Positions 1 to 8,311 of a stretch of 40,275 nucleotides of DNA are shown here, one piece after another. Position numbers and translations under genes: made by a program. Below the pieces are notes generated by a model. The model had not been told where the DNA came from. It made no database searches and saw only the letters and a program-made list of their open reading frames with translations. The number at the start of each line of letters is the position of its first letter. The first letter of the stretch is position 1. This DNA comes from Candidatus Dojkabacteria bacterium (lineage in GTDB: Bacteria > Patescibacteriota > Dojkabacteria > J137), in NCBI GenBank assembly GCA_047445235.1, contig JBLGEO010000045.1, positions 1 through 40,275 of the forward strand. The letters are read 5' to 3'.

Positions 1-2
1 TT

Positions 3-1268
3 GTTCAAGATAAATATGATATTAATGATGATTCTGGAAGGTTTATTGAGATTGGTAATAATGTGTTTATGCAAAATAAATTAGATGCAAATCTAAAGTG
101 GCAAACTCTTCCACAAAAAAACATAGATTTTGGTGGAGGTTTTGAAAGAGTTGTAATGATTGCACAAGGTAAAACAGATATTTACGAAACAGATATTTAC
201 CAACCAATTATAAAAAGTATTGAAGGTGTTTCTGGAAAGAATTACAAATCTACAGACTTGTCATCCCGAGCGGAGTCGAGGGATAACGAATTTACGGCAG
301 CATTTAGAGTTATAGCTGACCATGGTAGAGCAGCAGCATTTATACTCGCTGACGGTGTAACACCTTCTAATAAAGATCAAGGCTACATTTTAAGGCGGTT
401 TATTAGAAGACTTGTAAGGTTTGGTAAAAAGTTGGGAATCGAAGAGGATTTTACTTCAGAAGTTGCAGAAGTTGTAATAGAGACAATGGGATATGCTTAT
501 CCTCATTTGGAGACAAATAGAGAAGCAATACTTGAAAAGATCGAAAAAGAAGAAAAAGTATTTAAGCAAACTTTAAATAAAGGTTTAAAGTTCGTTGAGA
601 CATTTAAAGGTAAAGGAATTAGTGGTGCAGAAGCATTTAACCTATATGAGACTTATGGATTTCCATTAGAGTTAACTCTTGATGAATTAAAAATTGACGA
701 AAAAACTGCAGAAAAGATTACAGAAGATTTTAAATCAGAAGAAAAGAAACATAGAGAGAATTCTAGAGCAGGTGCAGAGCAAAAGTTTAAAGGAGGTTTG
801 GCAGATAGTTCTAGAGAAACGACTAAACTGCATACTGCACACCATTTACTATTATCTGCATTACAGAGGATTGTAAATCCGAATATTAAACAAAGAGGAA
901 GTAATATTACCGCAGAAAGATTAAGATTAGATTTTAATCTAGATAGGAAACTCAGTGACGAAGAATTAAAGGAAGTTGAAGACTTGGTTAATAAAAAAAT
1001 TGAGGAAGAACTTCCTGTAACCAGACAAATGATGAACAAAGAGCAGGCAGAAAAGATAGGAGCTCAAATGGAATTTGGACAAAAGTATGGTGATGTTGTT
1101 TCAGTTTACTTAATGGGTAAGGGCGACGAGTATTTCTCAAAAGAATTCTGTGGAGGCCCACATGTAGAAAACACTAAGGAACTTGGGGAAGGTGGGAAGG
1201 AATTTAAAATTATTAAAGAGGAAAGTAGTGGCTCTGGCATTAGGAGAATAAAAGCAGCATTAGTTTAA
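3..1268 (+). CDS. alaS: Alanine--tRNA ligase, short form lacking the C-Ala domain (5' end lies outside the window)
   Basis: The frame is open from base 3 (VQDKYDINDDSGRFIEIGNNVFMQ). Motifs: IADHGR, GVTPSNKDQGYILRR, LYETYGFP, and editing-domain Zn motifs HTAHH and EFCGGPHV. The protein ends right after GIRRIKA. Confidence 0.95.
   Translation, partial: VQDKYDINDDSGRFIEIGNNVFMQNKLDANLKWQTLPQKNIDFGGGFERVVMIAQGKTDIYETDIYQPIIKSIEGVSGKNYKSTDLSSRAESRDNEFTAAFRVIADHGRAAAFILADGVTPSNKDQGYILRRFIRRLVRFGKKLGIEEDFTSEVAEVVIETMGYAYPHLETNREAILEKIEKEEKVFKQTLNKGLKFVETFKGKGISGAEAFNLYETYGFPLELTLDELKIDEKTAEKITEDFKSEEKKHRENSRAGAEQKFKGGLADSSRETTKLHTAHHLLLSALQRIVNPNIKQRGSNITAERLRLDFNLDRKLSDEELKEVEDLVNKKIEEELPVTRQMMNKEQAEKIGAQMEFGQKYGDVVSVYLMGKGDEYFSKEFCGGPHVENTKELGEGGKEFKIIKEESSGSGIRRIKAALV
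259..284 (+). repeat. TGTC-tagged REP-like palindromic element inside alaS
   Basis: TGTCATCCCGAGCGGAGTCGAGGGAT is 25/26 identical to the reverse complement of intergenic 37556-37581. It is a GC-rich island in an AT-rich gene and translates as LSSRAESRD. Confidence 0.9.
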
Positions 1269-1270
1269 AA

Positions 1271-1798
1271 ATGAATCTAAAATTATTTAACTCAAGTCCT
1301 TTAGAAGTAGGAGAGATAAATCTAAAAAAAAAATTCGATCTCAGTGATGATGAAATAGTAGAATTAGATAGGTGCCTAATGCTCGAATCAATGAATTTAG
1401 AAGATTTAATATGTCTTTTTGATAAAGAGATTTTAACTAGTGAAAATACCCTTGCACTAGGACTATGGAATATATTTTCTAAAAATAATCCAGATATATC
1501 AGTATTTAATCTCTTAAAAAAAAGACTTGGTTTTAAAGATATTGAAGATGTTTATAGTGAATCTTCAATTTTTATAAGCATTAGAGAATATATTTGGGGT
1601 TGTGATAGTATAGAAGACGCAATTGAGAGAAGGATTAAGTGGAAGAAAAATATAATAGTATTTTTACCAAACGATTTATTTTCTTACTACAATAAAAAAG
1701 ATCATATTGGTATAACTGCTAGTGAAGTTTACAGGATTTTAGAATGTACTAAAATTATAAATGGGAATGTTTATTTTGTCAGAGGAGTATATGATTGA
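1271..1798 (+). CDS. Hypothetical protein
   Basis: 175-aa ORF starting 2 nt after the alaS stop and overlapping the next start. No recognised motif. Confidence 0.65.
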   Translation: MNLKLFNSSPLEVGEINLKKKFDLSDDEIVELDRCLMLESMNLEDLICLFDKEILTSENTLALGLWNIFSKNNPDISVFNLLKKRLGFKDIEDVYSESSIFISIREYIWGCDSIEDAIERRIKWKKNIIVFLPNDLFSYYNKKDHIGITASEVYRILECTKIINGNVYFVRGVYD

Positions 1799-2093
1799 AT
1801 ACAAAGCAATAGCAGCAATCTACGGATTTATATTTGGATGCATTATAGGAAGTTTTCTAAGCTTAGTCTTAGATAGACTTCCTCGAGGCGAATCCATTAT
1901 TTCTCCGTCATCTCATTGCCCTAAATGTAATACACCATTACGATGGTATGATAATATTCCAGTTTTTGGATATATTCACTTACATGGGAAGTGTAGAAAC
2001 TGTGGGTCAGAGATACCTTTGAGAGACTTCTTAGTTGAAACTGGATTCGGATTTATTTTTGCTATTCTTGCCTTCTTAGTATTATTCAATTAA
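1791..2093 (+). CDS. Prepilin peptidase A24 N-terminal (Zn-binding) domain protein, lacking the catalytic region
   Basis: GSFL...RLPRGES...SHCPKC...WYDNIP...GKCRNC...VE. The ATG at 1791 is preceded by AGAGGAG and is preferred to 1761. About 100 aa. Confidence 0.85.
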   Translation: MIEYKAIAAIYGFIFGCIIGSFLSLVLDRLPRGESIISPSSHCPKCNTPLRWYDNIPVFGYIHLHGKCRNCGSEIPLRDFLVETGFGFIFAILAFLVLFN

Positions 2094-2182
2094 TTACTTT
2101 AAAAGAGCGATAGCACTGGAGTGTGCAAAATAACAAAGAGTGATCATGGATCTACAATTGATGATGGTAACAGCTCCGCTGT

Positions 2183-3064
2183 CTAAAGATTTACAATCAT
2201 AATACTCCTTTCATGACCATGCTTCTGATAGTCTAAATTTGCTAACTCTGCATCTAGTTTTTCCAAAGATGCCAAAGAATTCTCTTTTGAACAAGTTTTT
2301 AAAACCTCTGGGAATTTTTCAGTATTCATTGTTTTTATAAAACCGTCAGAATAAATTACAATTGTGTCAGTCTTACTTATATATACATTACCAAAGTATA
2401 GAAAATTTAATGAAATTGGCTCTCCTGTTAGTGAACCGAATCCAACACACTCATCATTTTGAACCTGTTTAGGATTATTTCTAAATTGTTTTCTAACCAA
2501 AATTCTACCCTCAGGTTTATTCCAATTAAAAGTCTTTAAGTATGGATTAGTATCACTAAAAAAATATTTCTCAAAAACATCTACCGAGTTGGGAGTATTA
2601 AATTTCATATTCCAGTTTTCATCATAGACTCTAACACCACAATCTCCAATTGCTCCCCATAAGAGGCTATGTTCGTTTATAACAACTCCAGTTGCAACAC
2701 AAGCCCAGAAGTCATGGTCTAAATAGTCTGGTTTTGGATTATTGGTTTCGTTTAATTCTTGAATTTTTCTATTTGCAGTTACAAAGGCTGTTTCGACATT
2801 ATCTAAAGAAACTTCTTCTTTACTACCCAAGCTATATACAAAACTTTGAGTAAAAGTATTTGCAGATATTCTTGCAGGACTTGGTTTTGGATATGCTTTT
2901 TGCTGTTCCTCAATTGAAACTGCTGAGAAATCAGGGATACCTATTGGATCTCTTGTAATTCCATCCGCAATGGCAAAGATATTGCCCTCATGGCGAATAG
3001 AGTCTTCTTGCTCTTTCAGCTCTTTATATTTAAAGTCCGGAAGTTGTAGTTTTAAAACTTGCAT
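2183..3064 (-). CDS. PP2C/PPM-family phosphatase-like protein
   Basis: Motifs FAIADG, GAIGDC and IVIYSDG appear in PPM order. Confidence 0.75.
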   Translation of the reverse strand: MQVLKLQLPDFKYKELKEQEDSIRHEGNIFAIADGITRDPIGIPDFSAVSIEEQQKAYPKPSPARISANTFTQSFVYSLGSKEEVSLDNVETAFVTANRKIQELNETNNPKPDYLDHDFWACVATGVVINEHSLLWGAIGDCGVRVYDENWNMKFNTPNSVDVFEKYFFSDTNPYLKTFNWNKPEGRILVRKQFRNNPKQVQNDECVGFGSLTGEPISLNFLYFGNVYISKTDTIVIYSDGFIKTMNTEKFPEVLKTCSKENSLASLEKLDAELANLDYQKHGHERSIMIVNL

Positions 3065-3067
3065 ACA

Positions 3068-4300
3068 CTATTGTAACCTTTCTGCAGCTTGTTTGGATTT
3101 ATCTAATTCGTATTTACTCGGAGTTGCGCTTGTGTAAATGATTTGCCTATTTCTTTTTTGAAATTCTTCAAATTTTAGAGGTCTGTTATCTAATGCAGAT
3201 CTCATTCTAAAACCGTAGTCTACCAGATTTGTTTTTCGAGATAAATCACCATTAAACATTCCTCCTATCTGTGGAACTGTTATATGTGACTCATCAATAA
3301 TCGTCATATAGTCATCTGGAAAGTAGTCTAGTAGGGTGGAAGGAGCTGTTCCAATAGGTCTTCCATCAATATATCGAGCGTAGTTTTCAATTCCCTTGCA
3401 ATAACCAGTTTCTTCAAGCATTTCCAAATCGTAATTCACTCTTTGTTTCAATCTAGCTGCCTCAATCATTTTTCCTCTATCGTTAAAATCTTTAACTTCT
3501 TTTTCTAGATCGTCTCTAACTATTCCAATAGCTCTTTTAAGTTTTTCTTCTGGACTTACATTATGTTTAGCAGGAAAAATTGTGATTTTATCTACTTTAT
3601 CCAAAAGTTCTCCGCTAATTGGATTTATTAATCTGATTGATTCTAATTGTTCTCCAAAGAATTCCAACCTAACAGCCCTATCGTCTGAAGTTGTAAGGTT
3701 AATATCCACACTATCCCCTCTAACTCTATACGTTCCTGTAGCAAAGTCGTTATTAGTTCTATCGTATTGCATATCTCTTAGTCTTGTTAAGACTTTCTCC
3801 CTATTAAATTCTTTTCCTACTTCTAAATCGACGCTCATAGATTCGTAATCGTCCGGATTACCTAAACCATAAATACAGCTGACTGTTGCAACAATAATTA
3901 CATCTTTTCGAGATAAAAGCATTTGAGTTGCAGAGTTTCTATAACGCTCTATAACTTCGTTAATATCTGAGTCTTTTTCTATATATAAATCTCTTGATGG
4001 AACATATGCTTCTGGTTGGTAATAATCGTAGTAACTTACGAAGTATTCCACTGCATTTTCTGGAAAGAACTCCTTGAACTCAGAGTAGAGCTGCGCTGAA
4101 AGTGTTTTGTTGTGTGACAGAATTAATGTTGGCTTTTGAATATTTTGAATAATATTTGCCATTGTGAAAGTCTTTCCTGTTCCAGTAGCTCCAACTAAAG
4201 TTTGATGTTCTAAGCCTGCTTCAATCCCTGCACTTAGTGCTTCTATAGCATTTGGCTGATCTCCTCCTGGTTTGTAGTTTGAGTGAAGTTTAAAATTCAT
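3068..4300 (-). CDS. uvrB: Excinuclease ABC subunit B, N-terminal part only (410 aa; split or truncated)
   Basis: GDQP, Walker A GATGTGKT, beta-hairpin YFVSYYDYYQPEAY, GIENY, DESH, DNRPL, SATP. It stops shortly after SATP, whereas full-length UvrB is about 660-670 aa. Confidence 0.92.
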   Translation of the reverse strand: MNFKLHSNYKPGGDQPNAIEALSAGIEAGLEHQTLVGATGTGKTFTMANIIQNIQKPTLILSHNKTLSAQLYSEFKEFFPENAVEYFVSYYDYYQPEAYVPSRDLYIEKDSDINEVIERYRNSATQMLLSRKDVIIVATVSCIYGLGNPDDYESMSVDLEVGKEFNREKVLTRLRDMQYDRTNNDFATGTYRVRGDSVDINLTTSDDRAVRLEFFGEQLESIRLINPISGELLDKVDKITIFPAKHNVSPEEKLKRAIGIVRDDLEKEVKDFNDRGKMIEAARLKQRVNYDLEMLEETGYCKGIENYARYIDGRPIGTAPSTLLDYFPDDYMTIIDESHITVPQIGGMFNGDLSRKTNLVDYGFRMRSALDNRPLKFEEFQKRNRQIIYTSATPSKYELDKSKQAAERLQ

Positions 4301-4334
4301 AAAATAATTATACTACATAGTGCAAGTAAGCGCT

Positions 4335-4850
4335 TTAAGCATTAACTCTTACACCTAAATCTTTAAAGAGAAAGTCCTCAGCTTTCTTTTTTAATTCCTT
4401 GATTGAACCATTATTTTCAATTTGAAGATCGTATTTGAACTTTTTAACTTGAGTATCTGCTCGATTAAACAATTCATCCACTTTCTCTCTAGTAATTTCT
4501 AACAAAATAGTTTGAGGAAAAGACTTCTTGAACTTAACCGCCTCGTCAACTTCTCTAATATGAATAAAAAATACACCATCACCTTTTGAATTGATCTCAT
4601 TGGTTAGATAATTAAATGGACCGTCATTAAGCTTAACCCAGGCCATTTTGATGTCATACCAAAACTCTCTAACAGCATCTGTTTTTGTTTCTCTAGGTAC
4701 ACCTAGAACTATCCCAGCGTCTTTTACTGGGTCAATTGAAGAGATATTATAAACAGGTACATTTAACGGTTGTAGAACTTCTTTACAAAGCCCTACAAAG
4801 GTATCTTTACCGGAACGACCAATGCCGTTAATTATTACAATATATTTCAT
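4335..4850 (-). CDS. P-loop protein, deoxynucleoside-monophosphate-kinase-like
   Basis: N-terminal INGIGRSGKDT Walker A, FIHIRE, and C-terminal YDLQIENNGSIKEL typical of dNMP-kinase-like proteins. Confidence 0.65.
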   Translation of the reverse strand: MKYIVIINGIGRSGKDTFVGLCKEVLQPLNVPVYNISSIDPVKDAGIVLGVPRETKTDAVREFWYDIKMAWVKLNDGPFNYLTNEINSKGDGVFFIHIREVDEAVKFKKSFPQTILLEITREKVDELFNRADTQVKKFKYDLQIENNGSIKELKKKAEDFLFKDLGVRVNA

Positions 4851-4927
4851 AAGGTTAGTGGAAAAAATATCTTCAAAATACTAATGTAAAAGCAGATAGT
4901 TTTCAACTAGGTACGTTGTCAACTTCG

Positions 4928-4956
4928 TTGACAGATATTGGTGACAGGGCTATAAT
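4928..4956 (+). promoter_or_regulatory. Consensus sigma70 promoter
   Basis: TTGACA (4928-4933), 17-nt spacer, TATAAT (4951-4956), about 70 nt upstream of the ORF at 5028. Confidence 0.85.
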
Positions 4957-5027
4957 CTTTACAGATATATATTTTCAAAAAACGATAGGTATAGTAGAAT
5001 AATACTATTACCTTTAAATTAAAAACT

Positions 5028-5507
5028 ATGTTAAAAGCACCGACATTAAATCACAGTTTAGATAACAATTCAGGAGAGTTTAAAATTGAAGCAGAGAAAG
5101 TTCAGGAAATTTTTGAATCCACAACTGCTAATCTTTTAGCTGCTGCCACATTCGACAATGTTCAAGATACAGTAACCTTTGTTTCAGAAGAACAAACCTC
5201 CCATCTAACAAGCTTAAACGATGTTATTGCCCAATCTGCTTTGCGAAACCAGTCTGCAGTTCTAATTCTAAAAGTACTTTATGCACAAATTAAAGGCATC
5301 AGTTTTACAGAAGTAGATTCAAGTGCTTTCTTAAATCAAGAAGTAATGAATACGATATTAGAAAAATTTGGAGATAAATTTTTCTTTACAGATGAAGAAG
5401 GCGATGATATCTTTGTTCAATCTAAGGAAATTCCTGCTGTTGAGCAGAACCCCGAGACAAGTGCAATATCTAATTTTCTAGTAAGAGGTGCAAAAAAAGC
5501 AGCTTAG
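5028..5507 (+). CDS. Hypothetical acidic protein
   Basis: 159-aa ORF downstream of a consensus promoter. No recognised domain. Confidence 0.7.
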   Translation: MLKAPTLNHSLDNNSGEFKIEAEKVQEIFESTTANLLAAATFDNVQDTVTFVSEEQTSHLTSLNDVIAQSALRNQSAVLILKVLYAQIKGISFTEVDSSAFLNQEVMNTILEKFGDKFFFTDEEGDDIFVQSKEIPAVEQNPETSAISNFLVRGAKKAA

Positions 5508-5517
5508 TAAATAATGT

Positions 5518-6696
5518 ATGCCAGAAAGTTACGAAGGTTTTGACAGAAAAGCTGAAGAAGTTGCTAAGAATGTTATTAGGGTTTTCGATTCTATTGGACT
5601 ACAATATGCTGCACCTTCGTTAAAAGTATTTACTGAACCTGCCAATACACTAAGAGTAGACGTTCCCATTTTTTTTGATATTAAACAGACGCCAAGCTTA
5701 GATATGTTTGGTGGAAATCTTGCACCTTATTTTTCAAATGCAAGTTCTGTAACATTAATGTTAAAGCGAAGGTATGACGTTGGAGTTGCTCTTCACAATA
5801 TTCTTTTAAACTTTGGGCCAATTGGCGAGGATTTCAAAATGAAATCAACAAGTGAGTTAGTAAGAATATTTGAAGGATTTGCTGTCGCAAATAATATAAA
5901 AATTTCTAGAGAAGATTTGCTTGATTACTTTTCTGTAAAGAGTCAGAAGATTGTTATACTTTTGAATTCTCTTAGAGAGGGTACGATTATTGTTCCTTTC
6001 AGCTTTATTTGTTTTGTCCCTGAGAATCCTGCAGATACTGAATACTATTTCAGTATTAATGAGTATATGGACAGACGAAATGCAGAATATATTCTTGGGC
6101 CAACAATGATAAGGCATGACCAAGCCATGGAACCAAGTTTTGTAATGCCAGATGGAGTTCCAGTTGAGCAACTAAAGAATCTTTTCAAGATACTTGAAAG
6201 TAAAGATGAAGTTAAACCTAATGCAATAATTACACAGTTTCTACAAGGCCTTGCAGTGTTGCAAACGAAAAACAATCTAACAATAGGCCCATTGTTAAAT
6301 AGTGCACAGTTAGTTGAAGCTACAATTACAACAAGACAGTCAGATCCTAGAGTAAAGAAAATTATCCAATTAGCTGATCCACATTTTATAAGGTACTTTA
6401 ATCTTCCAAGCAATATGTCTGCACTACAAATAGCTTCTATAGAGGCCGATGACGAGCATGGGATAAGTATTAAACAATACATTCTGAGTCTAAATGAAGA
6501 TATTAATTACTTACGACAGTTTCTCGAAACTATTAGAAATAATTCTCCTAGATTAGAACATGCAGAGTTTCTTGAACTACAAACAGGCTTAACTAAATAT
6601 GTGCGAGCAATAATTAATAAAGTATCCCCATTTTCTAAAAAGTTTGAGAACGAATACAAAATGCTTTATTCAAATACCGCACAGCTTTTGGTTTAA
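5518..6696 (+). CDS. Hypothetical protein
   Basis: 392-aa ORF 10 nt after the previous stop. No recognised domain. Confidence 0.75.
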   Translation: MPESYEGFDRKAEEVAKNVIRVFDSIGLQYAAPSLKVFTEPANTLRVDVPIFFDIKQTPSLDMFGGNLAPYFSNASSVTLMLKRRYDVGVALHNILLNFGPIGEDFKMKSTSELVRIFEGFAVANNIKISREDLLDYFSVKSQKIVILLNSLREGTIIVPFSFICFVPENPADTEYYFSINEYMDRRNAEYILGPTMIRHDQAMEPSFVMPDGVPVEQLKNLFKILESKDEVKPNAIITQFLQGLAVLQTKNNLTIGPLLNSAQLVEATITTRQSDPRVKKIIQLADPHFIRYFNLPSNMSALQIASIEADDEHGISIKQYILSLNEDINYLRQFLETIRNNSPRLEHAEFLELQTGLTKYVRAIINKVSPFSKKFENEYKMLYSNTAQLLV

Positions 6697-7370
6697 GACT
6701 TCTTTTTTAGATCTTCCATTTCCTTAACGCACCCACAAATCTTACTCCATTCTGGGTCGTCAATACATTTTGGATTTCTAGCGGTGCACATAAATCTTCC
6801 GTGAAATACTAATCTTAATCCCCAGTCGTTCCATTCTTTTTGAGGGAAAAGTTTCATTAAGTCCTGTTCAACTTTGGCTGGATCATCTCCGCCATTACTC
6901 AAGCCGAGTCTTCGCGAAGTTCTTAATACATGCGTATCTACAACAAATCCTACTGGAAGTATCCCTAGTTTTGGTGCAAACCATTCGTTAATTACAACAT
7001 TTGCAGTCTTTCGTCCTATTCCAGGAAGTTCTGTAAGTTCTTCCATTGTGTTTGGTACATCACCTTTATATTTATCCCTAACCATTTGAGCAAGCTTTAT
7101 TAAATTTCTTGATTTAGTTTTATAGTAATTAATTCCACCAAGAAACTTTTCAACATCTTCTACTTTTGCATTCGCTAAATCCTCAATCGTTTCATATTTT
7201 TCAAATAGTGCTGGTGTCTTTTTATTTACAGTTGTGTCTAAAGTTTGAGCAGCAAGCATGACAGCTACAAGCAGCTGGAAAGCTGACTTGTGATGAAGTG
7301 GTGTCTCTACACTTGGATAATCTCTATGGAGTAATTCTTTAATCTTTTGTAGTTTTTCTTTGGAAACCAT
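6693..7370 (-). CDS. nth: Endonuclease III (HhH-GPD DNA glycosylase)
   Basis: FQLLVAVMLAAQTLD, HhH motif LPGIGRKTANVV with catalytic Lys, VDTHVLR with catalytic Asp, HGRFMCTARNPKC. Confidence 0.93.
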   Translation of the reverse strand: MVSKEKLQKIKELLHRDYPSVETPLHHKSAFQLLVAVMLAAQTLDTTVNKKTPALFEKYETIEDLANAKVEDVEKFLGGINYYKTKSRNLIKLAQMVRDKYKGDVPNTMEELTELPGIGRKTANVVINEWFAPKLGILPVGFVVDTHVLRTSRRLGLSNGGDDPAKVEQDLMKLFPQKEWNDWGLRLVFHGRFMCTARNPKCIDDPEWSKICGCVKEMEDLKKKS

Positions 7371-7447
7371 AGATTAATTATCTCTAAAAATTTTAGAAAA
7401 GAGAAGCTTTAAAGCTGTTATTACAATTTAGTAAGAAAACTTAATTA

Positions 7448-7456
7448 TGCTATGAT
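7448..7456 (+). promoter_or_regulatory. Extended -10 promoter candidate
   Basis: TGcTATGAT about 27 nt upstream of the ATG at 7484. Confidence 0.45.
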
Positions 7457-7483
7457 ACTTTTACTAAATAATATCATTACCAC

Positions 7484-7858
7484 ATGGGCAATAAGGCATT
7501 CATAAACGACAAAAATCTAGTTGAAATAAAAATGGAGAATGAGATTAAATACTACAAGCTAGTTAATTTCTTTATTTCTATAGCAGCATTATCTAATTCT
7601 CTGGATGCTTCAAAAAAAGATATCCTTATTTTGGTTGATTTATCCGAAGCAATATCGTTAGAAGGTATGGCTAAGGGGTTAATTACAACTATGTTTAGTA
7701 TTTCAATTTTTGACCGATTAGCATTTTTTGGTGCAAACGATATATTGAATAAAGATATGCTTGATGTCGCCAAAAATGCGAATAGAGCAGATAAGGTGAA
7801 AGGATTTAAAACTAGGGAAGAAACAGAGGAATGGCTTTTGTCACACAAAATAAGATAG
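7484..7858 (+). CDS. STAS/SEC14 (SpoIIAA-like) domain protein
   Basis: 124 aa. ILVDLSE, RLAFFG and C-terminal FKTREETEEWL match the SpoIIAA-like pattern. Confidence 0.7.
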   Translation: MGNKAFINDKNLVEIKMENEIKYYKLVNFFISIAALSNSLDASKKDILILVDLSEAISLEGMAKGLITTMFSISIFDRLAFFGANDILNKDMLDVAKNANRADKVKGFKTREETEEWLLSHKIR

Positions 7859-7932
7859 AAATTCAATACTGTCTGATAATTTGACTGTACATATCACATC
7901 TTATTTATTATAATTGACAGCATTCGATACGT

Positions 7933-8008
7933 GCTAGGGTAGCTCAGCTGGTAGAGCACTCGCCTGAAGAGCGAGGTGTCGGCAGTTCAAGTCTGCCCCC
8001 TGGCACCA
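7933..8008 (+). tRNA. tRNA-Phe (GAA), CCA encoded
   Basis: Acceptor stem GCTAGGG/CCCTGGC, D-arm GCTC..GAGC, anticodon stem CTCGC/GCGAG with loop CTGAAGA, T-loop GTTCAAG, 3' ACCA. Confidence 0.97.
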
Positions 8009-8311
8009 AATTTCAACTTCATCAACAACCCATCAAATAAAATACCTTATTTCTTTTATGTAGTTTTGTATAAATTTACAAAAAACTACCGTTCTCTTCA
8101 TTTTTGTCAAAAAAGTAAGACAGAAGGCCTCTCCCTAAGTTAAAGAAAACATCTTCGCGATATCTTAGTTTAGTATTTTTTTGCGATCTAAAACTTGTAA
8201 CAAAATTTACATAAAAAACGCTTAAAATAGTTTAAAAATATAGCAATTGGTTAAAAAATTCATTATTATGAGATAGGGAATTATCAACATTAACAAAGAC
8301 TTTTCAATAAG

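Noticed and set aside
1761-1790. Upstream start codon for the prepilin-domain gene
   Set aside because: It lies inside the previous gene. The ATG at 1791 has an AGAGGAG ribosome-binding site and fits the domain start.
2094-2182. Frameshifted continuation of the prepilin peptidase, or an ncRNA between convergent genes
   Set aside because: A second in-frame stop follows, no A24 catalytic or TM sequence is visible, and only weak short stems are present.
8060-8215. TTGTA...TTACA imperfect palindromes upstream of the giant gene as operator sites
   Set aside because: Spacing differs between the two copies and the DNA is very AT-rich. The first may simply be a tRNA terminator.
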